A DNA stretch of 64,000 nucleotides from Macrostomum lignano (lineage: Eukaryota): positions 42,635 to 106,634 of the forward strand of contig NIVC01003283.1 of the NCBI GenBank assembly GCA_002269645.1, read 5' to 3'. The notes under the pieces were generated by a model. It saw only the letters and a list, made by a program, of their open reading frames with translations, made no database searches and was not told where the DNA came from. This document shows, in pieces, positions 53,545 through 64,000 of this stretch (its first letter is position 1; every line of letters starts with the position of its first letter). The position numbers and the translations under genes are program-made.

Positions 53545-54717
53545 CCTTCTCTCCCTCTCTCTCCCTAGCCCCACTCTTCCTTATTATCAGCCTTCTCTCT
53601 CTCTCTCCCTAGCCCCACTTCCTTATTATCAGCCTTCTCTCTCTCTCTCTCTCTCTCCCTAGCCCCACTCTTCCTTATTATCAGCCTTCTCTCTCTCCCT
53701 AGCCCCACTCTTCCTTACTATCAGCCTTCTCTCTCTCTCTCTCTCTCTCTCTCCCTAGCCCCACTCTTCCTTACTATCAGCCTTCTCTCTCTCTCCCTAG
53801 CCCCACTCTTCCTTACTATCAGCCTTCTCTCTCTCTCTCTCTCTCCCTAGCCCCACTCCTCCTTACTATCAGCCTTCTCTCTCTCTCCCTAGCCCACTCT
53901 TCCTTACTATCAGCCTTCTCTCTCTCTCTCCCTAGCCCCACTCTTCCTTACTATCAGCCTTCTCTCTCTCTCTCTCTCTCTCTTCCTAGCCCCACTCTTC
54001 CTTACTATCAGCCTTCTCTCTCTCTCTCTCTCTCTCCCTAGCCCCACTCTTCCTTACTATCAGCCTTCTCTCTCTCTCTCTCTCCCTAGCCCCACTCCTC
54101 CTTACTATCAGCCTTCTCTCTCTCTCCCTAGCCCCACTCTTCCTTACTATCAGCCTTCTCTCTCTCTCCCTAGCCCCACTCTTCCTTACTATCAGCCTTC
54201 TCTCTCTCTCTCCCTAGCCCCACTCTTCCTTACTATCAGCCTTCTCTCTCTCTCTCTCTCTCTTCCTAGCCCCACTCTTCCTTACTATCAGCCTTCTCTC
54301 TCTCCCTAGCCCCACTCTTCCTTACTATCAGCCTTCTCTCTCTCCCTAGCCCCACTCTTCCTTACTATCAGCCTTCTCTCTCTCCCTAGCCCCACTCTTC
54401 CTTACTATCAGCCTTCTCTCTCTCCCTAGCCCCACTCTTCCTTACTATCAGCCTTCTCTCTCTCTCCCTAGCCCCACTCTTCCTTACTACCAGCCTTCTC
54501 TCTCTCTCCCTAGCCCCACTCTTCCTTACTATCAGCCTTCTCTCTCTCTCCCTAGCCCCACTCTTCCTTACTATCAGCCTTCTCTCTCTCTCTCCCTAGC
54601 CCCACTCTTCCTTACTATCAGCCTTCTCTCTCTCTCCCTAGCCCCACTCCTTACTATCAGCCTTCTCTCTCTCTCTCTCTCCCTAGCCCCACTCTTCCTT
54701 ATTATCAGCCTTCTCTC
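53545..54717. repeat. Compound minisatellite with an embedded variable (CT)n microsatellite in each unit
   Basis: CCCTAGCCCCACTCTTCCTTACTATCAGCCTT followed by (CT)n of varying length. Confidence 0.96.
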
Positions 54718-54838
54718 CGACTTTATATTTTGTTTAAATCATTTACTACTAAATCAACTTGCATGGATTCTTATTCCGTCATCAGCCTGACCTTTGTGAC
54801 CTTCAGCATGACTAATTATAGAATAACTAACTATAGAT

Positions 54839-57800
54839 TTATTCCTTTTTCAGCCGCAGCCGCTCGTTGATAATCTTGCACCGCTGGGCGCACTCGTCCG
54901 CGCTGCGGGAGCCCACGGCCGCAGCCACCTGATCCCAGCGCTCCTTCGTACCTTTGGGAAATTGTCTGAGCGCCGCCTCCAGCTTAGACTGCTCAGCCTG
55001 ACTCCAGGCCCGAGTCCGCTGCTGAGCTTCATCTATATCGTCTTCTTCTGCTTTAACGGTTACGCCTCTCTGCTGCTGCTTCTGGCGCTTATTTCGACGC
55101 CTTCGCTGCGCCCTGCCGGCGCCGCCATCCGAATCGGCGTCGCTGTCAGAGTCCGATTCGCCGCACACCGCTGCCCCATCGGTGTTGACTTCGAAAGCGG
55201 CGTTGAGGCTGGCGGCAGCCTGGCGCCGCATCTGCTGCTCGGCCTCGCGAGCCCGGGCGGCCACGTCCGGCACGGCGCGATGCAGCAGGGCGGCGATTTT
55301 CTCCCAGCGGCCGGGCGTGCCGCTGGGGAATCTGGCAACTGCCTTGACCAGAAGCTGCTGCTCCGCCTCGCTCCAGGGACCCTCGACTAGAGCCGGCGGA
55401 GTCGTTGATTCCGCCTGGTCGCCGTTGCTGACGGCGGCTTTGACTGGCGGAGTCGGCAACGGCTGCTGCTGTTCTGCCAGCAATTGCTGCTGCACCTGGG
55501 CCAGTTGCTGCTCCCGGCGCTCGCGTTTCTGCTGCTTTCTCTGCTCCCGCCTGCGGGCCTCCTCGGCTGCGGCTTCCGCTTCCGCTTTGGCCGCCCGCTT
55601 CCGTTGCAGTTCGGCGTCGCGCCAATCGGCCAGGCTGTCCAGCGCCCAGCGGCAGGCGCCTGGCGCGCCAACAGCGCAGGCGTAGAGGCCGCGACCGATG
55701 GCCAACGGCAGGAGGTCCCGCCAGCCTGGGCCCACTAGCGGCTCCTGTTCCAGCTCTTCTTCCAGTTGTTTCTGCTTTTTCTTGCTCTTCCGCCGGAATA
55801 GATCGTCGAATGCTAGTTTCCTTTCAATGTAGACACCCCACAGGACTAAATAGTGGCCGACTGTGAACGCCAAGCAGAACACCAGCATCACTTCCGCTAA
55901 GCTCATCTTGCGCCACTTCCGGTAATAAAACATCGGGGTGCGCCAGTCGGGCAGCCCATTGTCAAGGATCTCGTCGTACCTGGCCAGGGTAGAGGGCAGA
56001 TGGGGAGGTTCAGACTCGATTCTCGGTTCTCGTGATTGAAAAAAAAACTTTGAATCAGGCCTAGGAGTGATTCTTGGTTCCCGGGCGGTTCTTGATTTTG
56101 GTTACCAGCCTTTCTTGAAAATTAGCCAACCCCACAACAGAGTGTACATGCCTGACGATGTACACCCTGTGTGAGCGTGTGCATGAGTGCGTGCACCGTT
56201 TGCAGGATGGTGTTGCCGAAGGCACTGCGCCAGGCTGCCCACAACCCAATTGCAAGTATTATTAGTAGGAGTTATTCTGAGAATATCTTATGAAAATTCA
56301 TTTTCGGAATTGACACCGCCGAGATACTTGCGAGCTGGGCGGATCCCACCTGAGCGCTCGCAATAAGGTATCATTACTTTAGGCATGAGAAATTTCCAAA
56401 CGCGTCACAAAATGGGGAATTGAAGTATTCGATAAAAAAGTACTTTTTCACCTGCTGGGATCAAAGCATAAAATTTGATGGACTTTTAACTTGATTAAAA
56501 GCTATTAACCGATTAAAAGGCATGTCATGTGCGTTACAATCAATATAATCACATAAAAGTTTTTAGCTTGTCTAGACACTTATATAGGACAATCGATAAA
56601 TAAAAAATGGGGAAACACAAATGCTTGAAAGTAGACGATTATAATTGTATGCGTAGCTAATAACTAGATATTAGGAATGGGCTATTGCGAGCGTAAACAA
56701 TCCAATTAGAATCGCCGATGACACCCATTAAGAATCGCCCACGACACAATGAGGAATCGCCCATGACACCATGAGGAATCGCCCATGACACCATGAGGAA
56801 TCGCCCATGACACAAAGGAATCGCCCATGACACCATGAGGAATCACCCATGACACCATGAGAAATCGCCCATGACACCATGAGGAATCACCCATGACACC
56901 ATGAGAAATCGCCCATGACACCATGAGGAATCGCCCATGACACCATGACGTATCGCCCATGACACCATGAGGTATCGCCCATGACACCCATGAGGTATCG
57001 CCCATGACACAATAAGGAATCGCCCATGACACAATAAGGAATCACCCATGACACCATGAGGAATCACCCATGACACCATGAGAAATCGCCCATGACACCA
57101 TGAGGAATCCGCCCATGACACAATAAGGAATCGCCCATGACACCATGAGGTATCGCCCATGACACAATAAGGAATCGCCCATGACACCATGAGGTATCGC
57201 CCATGACACCCATGAGGTATCGCCCATGACACCCATGAGGAATCGCCCATGACACCATGAGAAATCGCCCATGACACCCATGAGGAATCGCCCATGACAC
57301 CCATGAGGAATCGCCCATGACACCCATTAGGAATCGCCCATGACACCCATGAGGAATCGCCCATGACACCCATGAGGAATCGCCCATGACACCATGACGT
57401 ATCGCCCATGACACCCATTAGGAATCGCCTATGACACCATTAGGAATCGCCCATGACACCATTAGGAATCGCCCATGACACCATGAGGAATCGCCCATGA
57501 CACCATGAGGAATCGCCCATGACACCCATGACACCATGAGGAATTGCCCATGACACCCATGACACCATGAGGAATTGCCCATGACACCCATGAGGAATCG
57601 CCCATGACACCCATGACACCATGAGGAATTGCCCATGACACCCATGACACCATGAGGAATTGCCCATGACACCCATGACACCATGAGGAATTGCCCATGA
57701 CACCCATGACACCATGAGGAATTGCCCATGACACCCATGAGGAATCGCCCATGACACCATAAGACATCGCCCATGACACTATAAGGACTCGATGCCATTA

Positions 57801-58120
57801 AATCAAACGCACCTCCGCCTCAGAGTTTCATCCTTGAGCACTTCATTGATGGCGTTGAGTTTGCGGAAATAATCCACAGTCTCATCGTCGTGCTTGTTCA
57901 CCCGATCCGGGTGGTACTGCATCGACACCCGACGGAAGGCCCGTCGAATCTCCTGACTGCTGGCTTCACGTTTCGTGCCCAATAGATCGTAGAAATTGCC
58001 GTTGACCTCTTCAACTAAGTCGAATAGTTGCAGCTCGCGCTGGTCGAATGCGCTAACGGAGGGCGCGTGAGATAGCACTAGCAGAGTCAGTAGTAGCGAG
58101 GGAAGCGGCCACACCTTCAT
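54839..58120 (-). CDS. DNAJC1: DnaJ homolog subfamily C member 1 (ERdj1/MTJ1), 482 aa; exons 58120-57813 and 55979-54839
   Basis: Signal peptide, then ELQLFDLVEEVNGNFYDLLG, J-domain with HPD, R|YDEILDNGLPDWRTPMFYYRK, a TM segment and two SANT/Myb domains (WSEAEQQLLVKAVARFPSGTPGRWEKIA; WSQAEQSKLEAALRQFPKGTKERWDQVA). Phase-2 GT-AG intron. Confidence 0.96.
56705..57780. repeat. ~22-23-bp minisatellite in the DNAJC1 intron
   Basis: Unit GAATCGCCCATGACACC(C)ATGAG. Confidence 0.96.
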
Positions 58121-58224
58121 GCCGATGGCTGCCTGGAATTTAGCATTTAATGAAAATGGCTTGTACGTTTCAAGTTAGAAAACTGTGAGCTGACGACGGA
58201 GAGGGTAATTCGTGATGAAGTGAT

Positions 58225-58860
58225 GGGAAGATGGAAAAACAGGGGAGGAGATAAGAGTGGAGAAGATGGGGAAGGGAGAAGAGATGAGGGGAAAGATGGG
58301 GAAGGGAGAAGAGATGAGGGGAAAGATGGGGAAGGGAGAAGAGATGAGAGGAGATGGGAAGGTAGAGGAGATGAGAGAAGATGGGGAAGGGAGAGAAGAT
58401 GGGGAAGGGAGAAGAGATGAGAGGAGAAGATGGGGAAGGGAGAGAAGAGATTAGGGGAGAAGATGGGGAAGGGAAAAGAGATAAGAGGAGAAAAGATAGG
58501 GAAAGGAGGAGACAACTGGGGAGAAGATGGGGAAAGGAGCAGACAACTGGGGAGAAGATAGGGAAAGGAGCAGACAACTGGGGAGAAGATAGGGAAAGGA
58601 GGAGACAACTGGGGAGAAAATAGGGAAAGGAGGAGACAACTGGGGAGAAAATAGGGAAAGGAGGAGACAACTGGGGAGAAGATAGGGAAAGGAGGAGACA
58701 ACTGGGGAGAAAATAGGGAAAGGAGGAGACAACTGGGGAGAAGATAGGGAAAGGAGGAGACAACTGGGGAGAAGATAGGGAAAGGAGGAGACAACTGGGG
58801 AGAAGATAGGGAAAAGAGAGGAGATAAGAGTGAAGAAGATGGGGAAGGGAGAAGAGGTGA
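58225..58860. repeat. Purine-rich ~21-bp and 31-bp minisatellites upstream of DNAJC1
   Basis: GATGGGGAAGGGAGAAGA-type units, then GGGAAAGGAGGAGACAACTGGGGAGAAGATA. Confidence 0.93.
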
Positions 58861-59769
58861 TTTCGATTGAGATTTCACAAACCAAACTATATCTAAATAA
58901 ACTCGAACTCTATGATGCTTCACAACCATTCTACTCGTTCATAAGGCCATTCTGTAAGCTGATTTAGCCTCTTTAATACCCTGTTAATGCGTAGCAATCT
59001 AGCCAATATTCTCTACAGAAATATTTATGCACTTTTATCCAGTATAAAATCACTAAAAAACAGCGCAGGTTGCAACTAGGAAGAAAAGGCATGGGATATT
59101 AAAAATACAATTAAGACTCAAGCTGAAGCTTAATTATCTGCTTATAAAGCTCAAGTTTATCCTGCTTTTTGGGAGCAGAAAAAATGATTGCAAGGAAAAC
59201 AGAATAAAGGGCACGTATTTGCACTAATTAGCGGTGTTGTGCCGCAGTTAAATTTGCTGTTTGTATTTAAATGATCAAACGGGATTTCTGTTTCAAACAC
59301 ATTCAACCAAATGATACAAACAAATTATGAGCGAATTAAAAACTAGTTTTAATGGTAATTAATTTGCAATTATAACTATGTTCTAGACTTGAAAGACAGG
59401 ACAATGTAATAACAATGGATACAATATTTACATAGCAGAATAGATTTTCTGCACATCGGCCGTATGTGAATGAACCAAATTTCACTTCAAATCATCTTTT
59501 TGGACTGGGTGGGCGGCTAAACAAATGGAATTACAATATGATATTACTGTGTAATTGCAACGATATGGATTAGTATTATATGATACAAAGCTTTATAATC
59601 GGTAACAAGACATTTGGGCCGAGTGAATTACAAATTTAAAACAGAATTTCTATTCATAGCGCAGTAAAACATTTACCGGTTAGAGAGCATAGCAGACATG
59701 TACACAACCACGGCCTACGAAACTCCACCCTTGCGAGTGCACTAAAGCCGGTTTGCAAGGTCACAAGCT

Positions 59770-60790
59770 AGGTGGCAATTATCTGGGATTAGAAACCGAT
59801 TCTCAGAGATGGGATGGCGATTATCTGGGATTAGAAGCCGATTCTCAGCGATGGGATGGCGATTATCTGGGATTAGAAGCCGATTCTCAGCGATGGGATG
59901 GCGATTATCTGGGATTAGAAGCCGATTCTCAGAGATGGGATGGCGATTATCTGGGATTAGAAGCCGATTCTCAGAGATGGGATGGCGATTATCTGGGATA
60001 AGAAGCCGATTCTCAGCGATGGGATGGCGATTATCTGGGATTAGAAGCAGATTCTCAGCGATGGGTTGGCGATTATCTGGGATTAGAAGCCGATTCTCAG
60101 CGATGGGTTGGCGATTATCTGGGATTAGAAGCCGATTCTCAGCGATGGGTTGGCGATTATCTGGGATTAGAAGCCGATTCTCAGAGATGGGATGGCGATT
60201 ATCTGGAATTAAAAGACGATTCTCAGAGATGGGATGGCGATTATCTGGGATTAGAAGACGATTCTCAGCGATGGGATGGCGATTATCTGGAATTAGAAGC
60301 TGATTCTCAGAGATGGGATGGCGATTATCTGGGATTAGAAGACGATTCTCAGCGATGGGATGGCGATTATCTGGGATTAAAAGACGATTCTCAGAGATGG
60401 GATGGCGATTATTTGGGATTAGAAGCCGATTCTCAGAGATGGAATGGCGATTATCTGGGATTAGAAGCCGATTCTCAGAGATGGGATGGGCGATTATCTG
60501 GGATTAGAAGCCGATTCTCAGCGATGGGATGGCGATTATCTGGGATTACAAGCCGATTCTCAGAGATGGGATGGGCGATTATCTGGGATTAGAAGCCGAT
60601 TCTCAGAGATGGGATGGCGATTATCTAGGATTAGAAGCCGATTCTCAGAGATGGGATGGCGATTATCTGGGATTAGAAGCCGATTCTCAGCGATGGGATG
60701 GCGATTATCTGGGATTAGAAGACGATTCTCAGAGATGGGATGGCGATTATCTGGGATTAGAAGCCGATTCTCAGCGATGGGATGCTGATC
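59770..60790. repeat. 42-bp minisatellite, about 24 copies, with degenerate 21-bp subunits continuing to about 60880
   Basis: Unit GATGGGATGGCGATTATCTGGGATTAGAAGCCGATTCTCAGA. Confidence 0.96.
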
Positions 60791-60939
60791 TTTGGGGATT
60801 GGAGGGCGATTTTAGGGGTTTAGAGGGCGACTCTAGGGGATCGGATGGCGATTCTTTAGGATTAGAAGGCGATAGTCAGACAGGGGCTGAAATGATTCTA
60901 AATGGATTAGAAAAAATATTTATTACACTAGTTGCAGAG

Positions 60940-61262
60940 TTATTGAGTCTTCGTAGGCGCCTTTTTATCACTGCTACTAGTAGTAGCGCTAGTAGTAGCT
61001 TCATCCTTCTCGTAGTACCTGTGCTTGAGCGCCCGGTACTTGCGCAGCATGTACAGCGCCTCCAGCTCTTTGATGACGAACTCACCCCGGCCAATCAGCA
61101 CCTTGATCTGGTCCGGGTCCTTGACTCCGCTATTCTTCAAGAATACGGACTTTAGTCGTCGCGAAAGTAAGCGTAACCTTTGGGATAGTCGCGTCCCATG
61201 TACAGCAGGTTTTTGTACAGGGCGATCACCTGAGAGCGGAGCTGCGGCGGCGGTGACGTCAT
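60940..61262 (-). CDS. ETFRF1: Electron transfer flavoprotein regulatory factor 1 (LYRM5), about 107 aa; one apparent 1-nt deletion near 61158; 5'UTR intron 63587-61291
   Basis: [34 protein letters not shown], then a shift of frame, then (R)[48 protein letters not shown]. This matches the LYRM5 pattern LYKNLLYLGRDYPKG...GEFVMKELEALY.LRKYRAMK.RYY. The span is 323 nt, one short of a multiple of 3. Confidence 0.9.
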
Positions 61263-61379
61263 TGGGTCAGAGATCGAGCTTTGCAACTAGCTGCGAAATA
61301 AAATGTTGAGAAAGCCTGATTAATTTCCGACTTGACAGAAGACGTACTAATCGAGGCATTTTAAATGACAGGGGAAGGA

Positions 61380-63560
61380 CGGAGGGAGAAGCGGGCATTA
61401 CTGAAGGGCACGGAGAAGCGGGCATCACTGAAGGGCACGGAGAAGCGGGCATCACTGAAGGGCACGGAGAAGCGGGCATCACTGAAGGGCACGGAGGGAG
61501 AAGCGGGCATCACTGAAGGGCACGGAGGGAGCAGCGGGATCACTGAAGGGCACGGAGGGAGAAGCGGGCATCACTGAAGGGCACGGAGGGAGAAGCGGGC
61601 ATCACTGAAGGGCACGGAGAAGCGGGCATCACTGAAGGCACGGAGAAGCGGCATCACTGAAGGGCACGGAGGGAGAAAGCGGGCATCACTGAAGGGCACG
61701 GAGGGAGAAGCGGGCATCACTGAAGGGCACGGAGGGAGAAGCGGGCATCACTGAAGGGCACGGAGGGAGAAGCGGGCATCACTGAAGGGCACGGAGAAGC
61801 GGGCATCACTGAAGGGCACGGAGGGAGAAGCGGGCATCACTGAAGGGCACGGAGGAGAAGCGGCATCACTGAAGGCACGGAGGGAGAAGCGGGCATCACT
61901 GAAGGGCACGGAGGGAGAAGCGGGCATCACTGAAGGGCACGGAGAAGCGGGCATCACTGAAGGGCACGGAGGGAGAAGCGGGCATCACTGAAGGGCACGG
62001 AGAAGCGGGCATCGCTGAAGGGCACGGAGGGAGAAGCGGGCATCACTGAAGGGCACAGAGGAGAAGCGGGCATCACTGAAGGGCACGGAGAAGCGGGCAT
62101 CACTGAAGGGCACGGAGAAGCGGGCATCACTGAAGGGCACGGAGGGAAGCGGGCATCACTGAAGGGCACGGAGAAGCGGGCATCACTGAAGGGCACGGAG
62201 GGAGAAGCGGGCATCACTGAAGGGCACGGAGGGAGAAGCGGGCATCACTGAAGGGCACGGAGGGAGAGCGGGCATCACTGAAGGGCACGGAGGGAGAAGC
62301 GGGCATCACTGAAGGGCACGAGAAGCGGGCATCACTGAAGGGCACGGAGGGAGAAGCGGGCATCACTGAAGGGCACGGAGAAGCGGGCATCACTGAAGGC
62401 ACGGAGAAGCGGGCATCACTGAAGGGCACGGAGGGAGAAGCGGGCATCACTGAAGGGCACGGAGGGAGAAGCGGGCATCACTGAAGGGCACGGAGGGAGA
62501 AGCGGGCATCACTGAAGGGCACGGAGGGAGAAGCGGGCATCACTGAAGGGCACGGAGGGAGAAGCGGGCATCACTGAAGGGCACGGAGAAGCGGGCATCA
62601 CTGAAGGGCACGGAGGGAGAAGCGGGCATCACTGAAGGCACGGAGAAGCGGGCATCGCTGAAGGGCACGGAGGGAGAAGCGGGCCATCACTGAAGGGCAC
62701 GGAGGGAGAAGCGGGCATCACTGAAGGGCACGGAGAAGCGGGCATCACTGAAGGCACGGAGAAGCGGGCATCACTGAAGGGCACGGAGGGAGAAGCGGGC
62801 ATCACTGAAGGGCACGGAGGGAGAAGCGGGCATCACTGAAGGACACGGAGGGAGCAGCGGGATCACTGAAGGCACGGAGAAGCGGGCATCACTGAAGGGC
62901 ACGGAGGGAGTAGCGGGATCACTGAAGGGCACGGAGGGAGAAGCGGGCATCACTGAAGGGCACGGAGAAGCGGGCATCACTGAAGGGCACGGAGGGAGAA
63001 GCGGGCATCACTGAAGGGCACGGAGGGAGAAGCGGGCATCACTGAAGGGGCACGGAGGGAGCAGCGGGATCACTGAAGGGCACGGAGGGAGAAGCGGGCA
63101 TCACTGAAGGGCACAGAGGGAGAAGCGGGCATCACTGAAGGGCACGGAGAAGCGGGCATCACTGAAGGGCACGGAGGGAGCAGCGGATCACTGAAGGCAC
63201 GGAGGGAGCAGCGGGATCACTGAAGGACACGGAGGGAGCAGCGGGATCACTGAAGCACGGAGGGAGCAGCGGGATCACTGAAGGGCACGGAGGGAGCAGC
63301 GGGATCACTGAAGGCACGGAGGGAGCAGCGGGCATCACTGAAGGGCACGGAGGGAGAAGCGGGCATCACTGAAGGGCACGGAGGGAGAGGGCATCACGAA
63401 GGCACGGAGCGGGCATCTGAGAGGAGGGAGGGTCGGGCATCACTAAGGGCACGGGAGATTCGGTCACTGAAGGGCACGGAGGGAGCAGCGGGATCACTGA
63501 AGGGCATGGAGGGAGCAGCGGGCATCACTGAAGCACGGAGGGAGTAGCGGATCACTGAAG
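61380..63560. repeat. 27/31-bp minisatellite, about 70 copies, in the ETFRF1 5'UTR intron
   Basis: Unit GAAGGGCACGGA(GGGA)GAAGCGGGCATCACT; degenerate or low-quality at the right end. Confidence 0.97.
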
Positions 63561-64000
63561 GACACGACCAAGTCGAAAATCTCTTACTATGTTAGGATAC
63601 ACAAACCAACTGTATTTAAAAATTGACACTATTTGCAACTCGGAGAAAGCATGCAATGAAATACACAGGATCATAACAAAAAAGAAAGTAAACGCAAAGA
63701 AATAATAGAATTAAATATCCACTGTACATGATTACATACATACATGTATAGTTCAAAAAGCAATAGTTCTGAAGGCCTATCCTTTTTAATTAACAGTACT
63801 TAGCATGTTCAATTAAACTAATATCGTTTACGTGTAATTGGTATGCAGAAGTTCTTTTTACAACAAAAGTAAGCTTTACAGACTACTTACTGAGTAAGTA
63901 GTGCAAAATAGTCAGCAATGAATCTTCCTCGCTATGGCTTCGCTTTACCATTACCTAAAAGTCGCCAGAGTCGCCTAAGAGCCGATTTGAGACGCTTTAT

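Overview
Eukaryotic (animal) genomic DNA. It has spliced GC-rich coding exons, AT-rich spacers, one N-gap (20879-21059) and about 28 unrelated minisatellite or microsatellite arrays, many inside introns. This style resembles the flatworm Macrostomum, which is an inference only. Most ORF-track entries are repeat artefacts or antisense shadows. I rebuilt nine genes by hand from splice sites and phase: the 5' end of CFAP58 (-), a divergent Hv1/TMEM266-type voltage-sensor protein (+), UBE2Q (-), SCYL1 (+; 5' part missing, several frameshifts), an MGCGSS stathmin-domain protein (-), an intronless secreted E/K/H/R polyampholyte (+), an intronless QYNGGMFamide neuropeptide precursor (+), DNAJC1 (-) and ETFRF1/LYRM5 (-; one frameshift). 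Mobile DNA comprises a 447-bp solo LTR and a 300-bp MITE each inserted in a minisatellite, a second MITE copy, a 1.08-kb TIR element, a tRNA-derived SINE and LINE 3' remnants. The most interesting items are the 13-copy amidated neuropeptide precursor, the Hv-like protein with a rewired S4, the secreted polyampholyte, intronic arrays whose units look like amplified 3' splice sites, and a CArG/AP-1/TATA promoter upstream of the stathmin-like gene.
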